DNA of 64,000 nt, taken from the NCBI GenBank assembly GCA_964187785.1, contig OZ076420.1:44516001-44580000 (forward strand), written 5' to 3'. Source of the DNA: Amphiscolops sp. MND2022 (lineage: Eukaryota). Below, piece by piece: positions 52,001 to 64,000 of the stretch; positions within the stretch are counted from its first letter, which is position 1; each line of letters starts with the position of its first letter. The notes beneath the pieces were generated by a model. It did no database searches and was not told the origin of the DNA. It saw only the letters and a program-made list of their open reading frames with translations. The translations under genes and the position numbers were made by a program.

Positions 52001-53696
52001 GAATAAAACGATTTCAGGAATAAAACTATGCAAATTTTGGGGTATCATAAATGCGTTTTTTGGATGTCAGCCTACGTTAGTTCCGGTACTAATTGCTCGG
52101 GATCCGGGGTTGGTACAAGACCGGGTCTTCATAGTCAAAAGTTGAGTTAATACCTCTAGTATAGGCATGCCGAATTTCAGCGCTGTCGGAAAGGTGCTTC
52201 TCCAAAACGGAGACGGTGGTCTTTTTGTTTCATCACTCTTTTTCGTGCAAAAATGAAGCTAATAAAAATCGTTCGCAGAGATTGTTCGCAGAGTTAAGAG
52301 GTTTAAACCATTTTGTCACTGTCGTCAATTCATAGCTTATATTCGAGTGTCGTCTATTACGAAAACACCAAATAAGCATTATCAATGTACGCTATAGTCA
52401 GTTTTAATGAAAAAACCAAAATCTAAAAATTCCACAGTTCTTCCTTGTTCATAATTTTTTGATTTTTTCTTTCAAACATTTTAGACCGGAAGATATCTCT
52501 TATCGCTGTGCCACTGCGTTTCTTGTCGCAAGCATTCTAATCAAAGTTGCTGACATTCATCAAAAAATGGCAAGAGCAGGTAGCTTTAAAGCTGAAAACT
52601 ACCACTTGTTCATAAGAAAACATTAAGAGGAATAATTGGCAACCTACAAAAACATGCAAAAAGCAATTTCATCTAAAACAGGAAACCAGCAATTTATAAT
52701 ATGCATTTTTGATTTTGATATTAGTGGCGAAGAGAACCAATACGATTTCCCAAAGAAGCATTTAGAGTAGTTGTCTCAACACTACCGTACCTAGACCTGA
52801 TTGAAAATTATATGTAAAAAAGTGATTCCTCTATAAACTGGAAATGCGGATGGTGATTGGTACTTTTGACACTGTTACATTTTATAATTGATGACAAAAT
52901 GTGGTATATAAAATGGGTTCAACATTTATCATGTGTATAGACTTACTTTGATCAACCAGCTGAATTCGATCCAGGGAAGATGAAAGAAATGTCTCAGATA
53001 GTTCCTCGTCAGAGGAAAAAATTTGGCGATATTTTTTTCTTTTCCATGTTATTTGGTCTCATAAATTTTCACATTTACAGCATGGAAGAATTAAATTGCA
53101 TGGCAGCTAGCAACGTAGAATTCATCAAAAGATCTCAAATTCCGTTTGTTTTGATTGAATGAACGAAAGAGAAACAAAAACTAAGCTCTGAAAATCCGGA
53201 TTAGAACACTGAACAGTCGACAACCCTTTTGTTCAGACAAGCTGCGCTAAGGAGACTAAACATACATACGGAAAAAACAAATTCGGGAACATTTTGAAAG
53301 CGGATTGAATGATTCATCGAAAGAAAAACTCTCTTTTAGAAATAATTGAAAGTTTTAAATTACAAGCTCTTTGCCTTTGATTTTCAAAAAAACATAAGTA
53401 TGGTCTCGTAACGCACGAAGAACAGAATGCTTGCTTGCTAAGGGTTTTCTAAATTTTGTTGAATTGCTGTTAAACATGATTGCGTTGACAAGACTACAAG
53501 AAACTATGAATCGTGGAGCTAATTCTAAAAAACAGAAAGCAAAAAAAGACAATGCAAAGATATCTACAAAACCTTGACAAGTTTGCTATAAGGAATACTT
53601 TTGTCACAGGCATTAAGTTTTCCAGTTGTATTTTTTGCACTAAAATTTCTTCTATGTTTGAGTGCAAAAATGAATGACACAAGGTAGATGTATGTA

Positions 53697-54007
53697 TGTT
53701 ACGATCAGGATTTAGTCTATCGCGCAGTATTTCGCGTAGCGTGATGAAAACAGAGATTAGTTAATAGTCAACTGATAATTAGAATTACAAATCCGGGGTA
53801 ATGAATTTATCTCAACTCTGGTCGATAATAATTACAAACAAATACTTGACAGGACAATTAAATAGTTATAGGAAGCACGTGTTTAATAGCAAAGTTTACT
53901 AATCAACAGGCCAAAAGGTTTTCACGCCTGCTTTGCTAATTTATAGTTCATTGATCTGTTTACATCTCGGGCATTCATCTATGTTCTTTTAGGTCATCAC
54001 CTCAACA
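53697..54007 (-). repeat. 3' LTR of the copia element
   Basis: tgttacgatc...cacctcaaca; 10 substitutions vs the 5' LTR by manual count. Confidence 0.95.
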
Positions 54008-54013
54008 CCCCAC

Positions 54014-57000
54014 TCAGACTTTTCCGGGTACTTTCCCGCTATAGGATAAGTCTGCATCTTTCAACAGGTGTTCTCCAAGTAAATAGTTTCGATGCTTCTC
54101 ATGCTTCAGTTTTCCCAGTGCTTTGGTGAAAATATCGGCTGCCATTTCTTCGGTTGGTTGATAGAATATTTCCACACTTCCATCTTCCACTTTCTCTCTG
54201 ATGTAGTGAAGTTTTGTCGGCATGTGTTTTAACCTATTATGGAATACTGGATTGTTACATAGTTTTATGCAACTCTGATTGTCTTCCGCACTTTGTGTTG
54301 GTTTCATCTGCGGAATGAACAAATCTTCTGATAGTTGTCTCAAAAAGATAGCTATTTGAACTGCTGCACATATTCCTTGGTACTCTGCCTCACAACTTGA
54401 TAAGGCGACTGTGTTTTGCTTTTTGCAGTTCCAACTGATTGCTCCCCCACTGTCACTAAGCTTGTAATAGAATCCAGTGGTTGACTTCCGATCTGATGCA
54501 TCTCCACTCCAATCTGCCTCTGATGCACCTTGAAGTATTAGGTCGCAATTTCCGTCATAAACAATCTTCATTGTCTTCGTGAATTGCAGATATCGCAAAA
54601 CTCTTTTTGCTGCAATCAAATGTTGCTGCGTTGGACTTTGCATTTGACGTGATAACTGATTCGTAATCCAAGTGACATCAGGTCTTGTTTGTATTGACAC
54701 ATAAAGCAATGATCCAACTAAACGTCTATAAGCTGTTACGTCTATATCACTCCTTGGTTCGCTACTTCTCTCTAGTTTGAGATTCATCTCAGCTGGAGTT
54801 TTATTAGGCTTACAATCTTCCATTCCGAACCTTCTAAGCACGTTCTGGATGAACATTTCCTGATCTACACTAATACCATCTTCATTTTGGCTAATCCTGA
54901 GCCCTAAGAAATGTTTGATTTTGCCTCTATCTTCCATTTTAAATTTTTGGGAAAGACTATATTTCGGTTTTTGAACGTCCTCGGGTTTATTTCCCACTAT
55001 CAGAATATCATCTACCCACGTTAAGATGTACAGGAAGTTATCTTGACTTTTTCTTGTGAATAGACACGGATCGTTAGCACTTTTTTTCATTTCATTTTCG
55101 AGCAAAAAATCATGTAATTTTTCGTACCAATTTCATGCTGCTTGTCTCAAGCCATATATAGACTTTCTCAATTTACACACTGAATTGTTCACTTTCTCAA
55201 ATCCTTCAGGCTGCTCTAGGTAAATTTCTTCTTGAATTTCAGAATGTAAATATGCAGACTTTACATCCATTTGCTCTATGCTAACTTTTCTACTTGCAGC
55301 TATCGCTAATACTGTTCTGAATGTTTCAGGTCGACATGTTGGAGCGAACGTTTCATTGAAATCAACTCCTTCCACTTGAGCATAGCCTTTAGCTACATAT
55401 CTTGCTTTATATTTGTCTATTTCGCCTTCTTCATTCTGTTTTACTTTGAAGACCCATTTTCCGTTTATCACATTTTTATCTTTTGGTCTCTCTACCAAAC
55501 TCCAAGTTTCATTTTCAGGAAAAGCATTCATTTCTTGCTGCATTGCTACTAACCATAATGCTTTGTCTGAGCTTTCGACAGCTTCACGATATGTTTTTGT
55601 CTCAAAAATATCAACTTTCTCACTTTTATGCGTGTATGTAGTACCATATCTAGTTGGTACGCTTCTATTTCGAGATATCTCCTCAAAAGTTTTTTCAACG
55701 TTGATTTTTTTTCTTCTCACTCGCTTCGGAGCGATCAACTATATTTTCACGGGGTAAACATCCAAAAGTTTTTCCTCCGAGAACAATTTGACAGTCATTG
55801 AGGTTAGATCTGTACGAAGTACCTTGTGCTCTATTGTCATTTTCTTCAGTCTCTTCTTTAACTACTTGACTCATGGTAGCATCATTACATACCTCAAATA
55901 GTGCTTGATCATTAACGAGACTTTCGACTTCATCGGATTGTTATTCTTCTTGCGCATATGTACGCAAATTTGTAGTTTCAACTTTCTCTTGATTAGTTGA
56001 ATTTTCATTTGCCTTCTTTTCAGCAATCTTTTCAAAAACATCGATAAAGGAATCGTCATCTGACCTAACAACGCTGTCTCCGCTGAAATCTGAGCTCGGT
56101 ATCTCGTTCTCATTGAAGATAGTATTTCTCGCAAAATGAATTTTACCTGAGTCAATCTCTTGAACAACGTAAGATGGACTACAATCATCGTAGCCTAAAA
56201 ACTTACATTTGACGCCTCTAGGTTCTAGTTTACTTCGTTGCTGTTTTCGTTTCTGCATAAAGACAGTGCATCCAAATACCCGAAGTTTTCTCAAGTCAGG
56301 TTTTCTGCCGAAAAACAGTTCAAATGGAGATTTTTTTGTTTTCTCGTTCGTTATGCGATTCCAAGTGTAATTCGCTGTTGCCATCGCTCGAACGTAGTAC
56401 ATTTTAGAAAACTTGCCTTCTATCAAGTTACTTCTAGTCATTTCTGCTAGCGTTCTATTGTATCTTTCAGCTACTCCATTTTGTTGCGGTGTCTCTGGAA
56501 CTGTAAATTCCCGCTTTATCTTGTTCTCAAATTTTTCAAAACTTTGACTTTTATATTCTTTTGCGTTCTCACTACGCAGTTTTTCGGGAACGCCTTCTTC
56601 CGCTACATACTGTTTTAGTTTTTCAAGTGCCTCGGACTTGAATTTCATGAATTTCACAACTGCGTATTTCGTATACTCGTCAATGAAAGTGATAGCGTAT
56701 CGATAACCACTGTTACTTGGGGGTTCAATTTGCCCAATATGTCAAGATATACTCTTTCTAATTTTTTACTAGTCTTCGAACCTGCTTCACGAGGTACTGG
56801 CTTCTCGTGAATCTTACTAAGTGCACAGGTTTCGCAAAAGAACTCAAACTTCTTCAAAGTAGGTACCGTGAGTCTTGTACTTCGCTCATTTGCATGACCT
56901 AATCTTTTGTGCCATGTTTCCAAGTCAGTCATTTTCTTTGCATGCGTAGCAAAGCTCAAAGGTTTTTCAACTAGTTTCATTTGGATTGTATAAAGACTTC

Positions 57001-58320
57001 CTTCTCTATCAATTCTGTAGTTTGCACCTTTCCCAGTTTTCAATTGCGAACAGTTCGAGCTGAACTCGACTGTGTGTCCTTTTTCGACTAATTTTGACAC
57101 TGAAACTAAGTTTGTTTCATAACTTGGTACGAAAAGTACATCCCTCATTATCAACGTGTCTGTACTTCCATTTTCATTACGAAGTTCGACTTCAACGTCT
57201 CCAACACCTTCAATTTTGCAAAAACTTCCATCCGGATTTTTTACGCTAGACGTTATCTCTCTGAGGTTTTGGAAAATTTTCGGTCTGTCAGGATGTGATC
57301 TGTGCCTCCTGAGTCAATTAAAACTTTGTCCTTACTCACTACTTTGCTCCCTGAACTTAGGTGAACTGAATGTAGACTTTGAGAGTTGGGCATTTGTACG
57401 GCGGTTTTCTCCGTACTTTGACTCCTACAAGTAACGTCTAAATCCCCTTTTTTACCACATTTTCGACATTGTGCATTGTTTCTCAAAAAATTTTTGGCTA
57501 TATGACCTACTTTACCACAGCAATAACAATTCAATTGCTTGCTTTCCTCGGCCTTTTCCTTATTTTTATAACTAAAACTTTTTGACTTACTGCTACTCTT
57601 CTCGAACTTTCCCCTTGACGGCATTGCCACATGCTGATTTTGCTGCTCTTCTTCGCATATGCGCTGCTTGCGGCTTTCCTCGAAGTTTGTCAATCTCGAT
57701 CTCAACTCAGTGAAGTTGGCGGATGCATTGAAACTTTCCTGCACCACAAAATTCTCGAATTTCTCAGGAAGTCCATTGAGAACCAACGCGATGAATATCG
57801 TCTACGAAATGCGTTCACCTGCATCGCTCAGCCTTGTCATCAATTCTTGTGCTCTGATGAAATACTCGTGTGAAACCTCGTCTGGTTTCAGTCGCATTCT
57901 TGCAATTTGAGATACAAGAGCCACAACTGTTGGTGATTCTTCACTTCTGAATCTTTCCTTCAAAAGATTCCATGCTCTGGTTCCGTCACCCAGGCCATCT
58001 TTTCCAACACAATCATGTCGTATCAGCATTAGACTTGTCGAATCAAGTGTCAGAGCCAGCATGTACCACAGTGTGTTTTTGTCATCACGGAATTTCTTCT
58101 TATTGTTTTCAAACTCCTCTGTTGCAACTCTATGAGCTTCTCTCTGCTCTTTCGTCGGTGCGTCTCCCAAAGCTGCGGGTTCAACGGGTTCCACTGTTGT
58201 GCCAGCCAGTTTTTCGAAAAGGTTTTTCGTTTGAATATAAGCGATGAACCTGGTACTCCATGTTGCGAAATCGTCTTGTTTTCCAGAGAAACAGAGCCAT
58301 TTCATTGTTGCACTGTCCAT
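54014..58320 (-). pseudogene. Frameshifted copia gag-pol polyprotein
   Basis: Gag (FSGKQDDFATW), two degenerate CCHC knuckles, protease LIDSGGTDH, WHKRLGH..CETC, integrase TFIDEY / RSENAKEY / NGVAERYNRTL, RT QMDVKSAYLH and WVDDILI, RNase H SEADW..RKSTTG..EDNQ. Split over at least 7 ORFs. Confidence 0.93.
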
Positions 58321-58437
58321 TTCGACACAGGAAAACGTTCTTTATAGAGGCTTCTTTCTGTTGAAAACAATTTTTCTATCGGCAGTTGATTGAGATGAGC
58401 GCGCTTTTGTACGAGAATTGTCTCTGTTCAATTCACT

Positions 58438-58452
58438 CTGGGCAACATAACC
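58438..58452 (-). promoter_or_regulatory. Copia-type primer-binding site (internal tRNA-iMet half-molecule type, mutated)
   Basis: GGTTATGTTGCCCAG immediately after the 5' LTR; the Drosophila copia-type PBS is GGTTATGGGCCCAG. Confidence 0.75.
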
Positions 58453-58763
58453 TGTTACGATCAGGATTTAGTCTATCGCGCAGTATTTCGCGTAGCATGA
58501 TGAAAACAGAGATTAGTTAATAGTCAACTGATAATTAGAATGACAAATCCGGGGTAATGAATTTATCTCAACTCTGGTCGATAATAATAACAAACAAATA
58601 CTTGACAGGACAATTAAATAGTTATAGGAAGCGCGTGTTTAATAGCAAAGTTTACTCATCAACAGGTCAATAAATTTTCACGCCTGCTTTGCTAATTTAT
58701 AGTTCTTTGATCTGTTTACATCTCGGGCATTCATCTATGTTCTTTTAGGTCATCACCTCAACA
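58453..58763 (-). repeat. 5' LTR of the copia element
   Basis: Same 311-bp sequence, followed on the plus strand by the TSD atgta. Confidence 0.95.
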
Positions 58764-60369
58764 ATGTATAAATGTCTTTTGAAATTGAGCCTTTTTTCCG
58801 GTTGACTATGGCTGTTTTTTTTTCTGTGGAATTCTTGTTAAGATCTTAGAAGATCAGAGATCATTTCAGTTTTGGCAAAATCATGGTGAAAATCCTCTTG
58901 TCCTTTTGTCAAGAATACCTTTTGGTTGAATATAGATGTTGGCAAGCATTCTATGTTTTTGAACACTGGAATGAGTCGTATCTTGTTAAAAAATCATCTT
59001 TTTTCATAATTTAAAAGTAATTGAAATTTAAAATCTTCAAAATTTATCACAATTAAATTTTCAATCAAAATTTATTACTGTCAATCTTGAATCAAATCTT
59101 GAACCTTTCAAAGCAGTCATAAAACACGCTTCCATCTTGATTCAAAATCTACTTTTGGCGTTTTTGATGAATTGATATGAAATTGATCTGTTCAAGTACC
59201 GTCAAAGAAATACAAACCTTTTGATATTACTGCGGAATAAACTTTTCTAATTTTGATAGAAGAAATGAGTTCGCATTCTACAAAAAAAGAAATAAGAGTA
59301 GACTGGTAAAGCACTGGCACTTGCCAAAGAATAAAAAATGGAAAAACAGGCGTTAAGCATGGTTGAATTAGAATGAATAACTGCAAAAGGCTTGAATTTG
59401 AAGGATGCAAAATACTTTTCCCGCTTTTTTCTTTTCTTTCTTGCCACCAAATTCACAACTGTCTTCGAGAGCCTTCCTAGACAAATATTACTTGCAGATG
59501 AATTCATCGGTCCCTGCAAACCCCCCCCCCTCCGACAAAAATACCCAGGGCTCCTCTAAAAATTCCCATCTGGTGTAACCATTGATTGTTTCATACTTTC
59601 ACTGCTAAATGACACGAGCATTTCACTCCCCAACCAACTACTTTATCACCGTTCAAAGAAAGAAGGGGCGAATCATGATTGCGGTGACCGGTTAACAGGG
59701 GATTACGTAACTAATTCGTCAAGTTCTTTTTATATCAGTCCTGACGTGCAGAGGGTTCTGTGGAAGACAGATAGATCTACATGAAGTCTACTTGACTATC
59801 CTGGCTTGGGTCGATTGAAGGGTATCTTAACATATCAACAGACAGAATTTCCCGCCCAAAGCGGAAAAAGTGAAAGCACCCTCGGGAATTTTAGGGGAGG
59901 AATATTTGACCAGTTTCCAGTCCCGTCGTCTATGTAGTCAGCCGAGACATTAGGGACTTGTCAAGCGCAATTTTTGTTTCGCAATCAATTCCGCAAAAAT
60001 TTGTTCCTTGTTACTGTCCCGTGGCGGCAAGCTAGACAAAAATTCCTTCTCCAGGAATTTGCAACAAACCAAACTACCTCCTCCTCGGAATTACGTAATA
60101 TCCCTAATTGTGATTTTGTTGGCATCAATTTTAAAGCAAACTTGAAGCTGTGACAAGGGAAGAAAGAAAATTGATGGGATTTTGAACACTTACATAACAA
60201 AAATATATGAGATTCGGAAAAAGAGTGATTTTTCACATTAATATTTGGCGAAAAATAGGGAACAAAAATTCTAACAGAGAAACTTATCGATTTTTCGTAT
60301 TAGTAAATCGTGGGCCACTAATTTGAAGAACAACCTAATTGTGAATACAATTAGAAGAATACCCAATTT

Positions 60370-60798
60370 TTTTAGTCGGCGCTTCATGAACTCTTTTTTT
60401 CTATCCACACGAACTGACTAAAGGGTCCCCCCTTCAATTTCTTTGATATTTTACAACAGATTGGGTGTTTAAAATCTCAAAGGGTCCCCCCTTTCAGTTT
60501 TTCGGCATTGTGAGATTTTTTTCGAAAATTTGTTTTTTCTCCGAAGGACCCCCTTCACTGCGACAAAAATGTTGACAATTTCGGAAGTGTCCCCCTTTTA
60601 GCGCGCCAGGGGCTCGCGCTAGCGGGCCCCGGCGCGCCACTCTTTCCATTTTTTTGAGTATGTAATTTTTCGAAAAAATTTTTTTCGAAAAATTTTCGAT
60701 TTTCGAGTACTGTAAAAGAGAATACTTGACACTTGGAGGTCTTTTTGCTATTTTTGAGCCTTGGATATGGCGCCGACTTGGGCCGGTCCCTGCTTGTT
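60370..60798 (+). mobile_element. Helentron/HINE-like non-autonomous element, copy 2 (about 430 bp)
   Basis: T-run plus agtcggcgc (60374) ... gcgccgact (60770), a gggccggtccc hairpin and cttgttt; internal aagggtcccc repeats and a GC-rich hairpin at 60601-60637. Confidence 0.6.
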
Positions 60799-62734
60799 TT
60801 AAATGAATGATTCTTTTATACTTTTACATATACTTCTTACGCAAACTTTTGGATCTTTTTTGTTCATTCAGAACCACGAAGTTTTTGGATTCAAAACCAA
60901 AGAAAAACAATCCAGGTTGTGTAACTAATCAAGCAATCATTGATATTTTTTCAGAGTTTTCACTTTTTGGTTGTTTGAACAATTTATTGGAGTGCATATC
61001 GCGAAGTTCAGTCAACTGCTTTCTATGCTGAAATGTCACATAACTTATTGCAGTGACCTAATCGACATTAAACTAGGGACTGCGTGAGATGCAAGGAAAA
61101 ATTGAACCAGTAAAACGTTTTTGAATAAGCTCTAGACCGTTGTAAAAACCTGACAGCAAGATTGAAATTTGAAATGTGTAATTGCTATAATGTGAACTCG
61201 CCATGTGTGGATTCAAATTCTCGAGAAAAAACAAGTCGTTCTGAAACATGACAACGAATTTCGTTTAGTGAACACTTGAGACTTTTTGAATTTCATGCTC
61301 AAGTCCATGTATGGTCATACATGGGATTTTGTTGGATCTCAATACTGATTATAATCATAGTTGAATACTGCACGGATCCAAGACCCATAAAAACTCCATG
61401 TGACTAGAAACATGGAGAATTATGGTTCCATACGATAACTTTCGGCCATTTGCATTCATGGAATAAGATTAATTGATAGTTTCACTAATTAAATCGCATT
61501 TTTTATAAGGAACTCTTATATAAGGAATTTTGAGTACGATATCATAGTATGGCACAATTATTCTCTAAAAAAAGGCTGAGAGATTCAAATTTGGCTTCTC
61601 ATAAATCAAAAAAGTGTGGAAGATAATAATTTACAGTTTATAAATGAATTTAAATCACAATTTTCTTACAAAAGTGGTGTTTTACAGCTTTTTGAAAAAG
61701 ATTAAAACAAATTATATCACCTTCAGTTACTTTTCAGTCGAATTTTTGTGACCTTGAAAGCCAGATTTTTCATTTTTCAGAGAGTCTTTCATCAATTTGA
61801 TGTCACATTGAAAGCGATTTTGTGTTCAACTTTCCTGGCTAAACACAATTTCAAAAGCTTTGATTCGTTTTTCAACCTAAAGTGAAAAAGATGTTTAATC
61901 ATAAAAATCAATCCTATCTTCCGTCACGAACCCAATACTTTGTGAAACGAAAGAAACAGAAAAAGAAACCGAATAAAAAGTCGAAGTTATGCCTTCTAGT
62001 ATTTAAAATAAAATCTATAGTCTGACTAAATTATTTCTCTTTTTCTTTAATCTCATAGTCTTGTCTAAATTCATAATCTCTAGTTACCCTCTTCTTAGAA
62101 AAGAAGAAATATGGGCTAAAAATTCTAATGAAATATTCGATTCTCTTCTTGTAAACTCCTGGTATCTTTGACGAGATGCATGTTATACCCCTTGCCGAGC
62201 AAGTTTTCCTGAATTCTACTGTCTTCATTTTTCTTGAGACTGCTCAAACCTTTTTTCAACCACAATTTTAATATATTTTTTCAAATTTCAGAAGGGTGTC
62301 CAACGTTAGCTGCAATTGTTCAATAGGTGATTGATTGGTGGGTTTTAGATATATATTGTAGTTAAAAGAAGCGAAAAGAAATTAAACCGACTGTTCTTCT
62401 TTATGTCGTTCACGTGATGTTAAAATGTTGAAGAGTTGAAGACTGCCCACTCGAGTTTCTTGGAACTGTCTTTTTTGCTTCGAAGGCCACAAAGGTGCTA
62501 CTACTCTTCAAAAATTCAAGAATTTTTTGAAGTTCAGCGTTGAAAAACATAAAAAGTTCCGTGTTTCAAAAAGTTGTGAAAAAACTTTAAAATGTGAATT
62601 TTTGCCAATTTGCTTGACAGTTTGTTTCATGTTGACTACTTTTCCACCGAATCTTCACGTGAATGCAGATCTCTATGGTGCCGACGCCATTAAAAAAATA
62701 ACACACTTGTACCTTAATTTTTGAAAAAAAAATA

Positions 62735-62800
62735 ACGCATTGCAGTAAACGAGATGCTGGATTTCGAACCCATACAGAGGCCAGATCAATGTAGTTTCAG
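62735..62800 (-). mobile_element. Degenerate tRNA-derived SINE head
   Basis: Minus strand ctgtatgggttcgaaatccagc (B-box-like); no intact cloverleaf. Confidence 0.25.
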
Positions 62801-64000
62801 GTAAAAATGGTGCAATTTTAGGTCTCTGAGTTCGCGAATACTCCCATTCATAGAAAATATTTCATGCAACAGTCACCTGGAATAACATGTACACCATGAT
62901 CACATGTCGCCTAAGATTGCGTCGTAACTAACTGCAGGTCTCCCCTAACTAAAAAGTCTTTGTGATGAATGTTTGCTGTTTAAAATACTGGTTTAAATTT
63001 AAAAACGGGGACTAAATACCATCTAATGCGATTGCGCGCATTGATAATCATGATTGTCATTAAGACATACTGTTATATAATATCGATCTTTTCTGGTTCG
63101 TATTGTTTTTTATACGTGAACATTTTCAAAGGAGAAAAAATCTTTCAATAAGTGCACGCAAGACGTAACATGCAACATAAACCCGACCAATTTGTTTTCA
63201 TTTATCAATAAGTAGGTCTTGAATTGCCCAAAATAACAAAGCGGGTTCGAATGAAAGGTTTTGAAGGCAAAGCGCGGTTGGAGACAGAGAAAGGAAAATG
63301 GAGCAAAAAAGTGATCAGAAAACGGAGCTCAGGTGGTCTCTGAATCAGTTGCATGGAACTGCAGAAATGCCATTTGGTTACTGCTTCTCTGATTCAAAGA
63401 GATACTTCAGATCTCCAAGGAGCCATAAAACTAAAGTCAACCAGTTTCTCCAACCAGACGTCTGTTAGACTAGCTCTTAACTTTGAAGCAAAGATAAGAA
63501 ATTTCATCATCCTGCATACCTTCTGAAAAACCTTTTGACCGGCGGGACTGATTGTCTGAGATACACTTTTTAATTAATCAATGTTGCACTTATGACCGAA
63601 ATCATGCCCCATCACGTCACCAGAAATATTTTGGAAATTAAAAAGTTGGATAGAAAAGACTATGTATGATTTTTTGTGATACTTATTTTTAAGAATATCA
63701 GAAAGCAGAGTTTTTGAACTTTTCCCAAATATGCAGCAGTTCTCGGAGTACGAAAGTCTCTTCAGAAAAATCAGAAGAAGACCAACTGAGATTTATGGAA
63801 GTTAAATTTCAACCTTTATGATGCCTACGCAATAATTTTGAAATTCAGAACTTTAACCTAGTTCTCTTAATACTATCATTCAGCAAAAAGAGAAACACCT
63901 CTCGAGAGTTCAGTAGTTGTGGAGCATCAGACAATAATGTAAAAAATAAACTGTATCCTAGTTTGTAAGAAGGGAGCAAAGAGTGGGACCATGACAAAAT

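Larger units (their letters stand above)
53697..58763 (-). mobile_element. Full-length but decayed Ty1/copia LTR retrotransposon (5067 bp)
   Basis: Two 311-bp TG..CA LTRs, 5-bp TSD ATGTA on both sides, a PBS and a PPT (gagtgggg); gag-PR-IN-RT-RH order. Confidence 0.97.

Noticed and set aside
47004-53682. Assorted 60-120-aa ORFs in the 47-53.7-kb interval
   Set aside because: Composition matches AT-rich random frames; no recognisable motifs or consistent splice structure.
59192-64000. Short ORFs at the right end (including a 56-aa plus frame near 63300)
   Set aside because: No recognisable domain, no supporting exon chain; cannot be supported as genes.

Overview
AT-rich eukaryotic DNA, most likely from an invertebrate animal: it has GT-AG splice signals, the standard code, and no prokaryotic features or CRISPR array. 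The main feature is an uninterrupted 18.5-kb minus-strand ORF (15814-34305, 6163 aa). It encodes an extremely acidic E/P/A/T/D-rich protein built from about 100 tandem 51-aa (153-bp) repeats, with higher-order repeat structure and a short basic C-terminal tail. A second acidic repeat-protein gene lies in tandem on the same strand (ATG 2085, 23-aa repeats, runs off the left edge, missed by the ORF track). The rest is mostly mobile DNA: a decayed full-length Ty1/copia element (311-bp LTRs, ATGTA TSD), an internally deleted hAT element (8-bp TSD), a 3' fragment of an RLE-type non-LTR retrotransposon, two Helentron/HINE-like elements and tRNA-derived SINE heads. There is also a set of related non-autonomous TIR elements with CCC(G/T/A)(G/A)G termini and palindrome arrays, one of which carries a 180-bp higher-order satellite, and a 226-bp spacer-less palindrome. 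Protein and family assignments come from motif recognition by eye; no database search was run.
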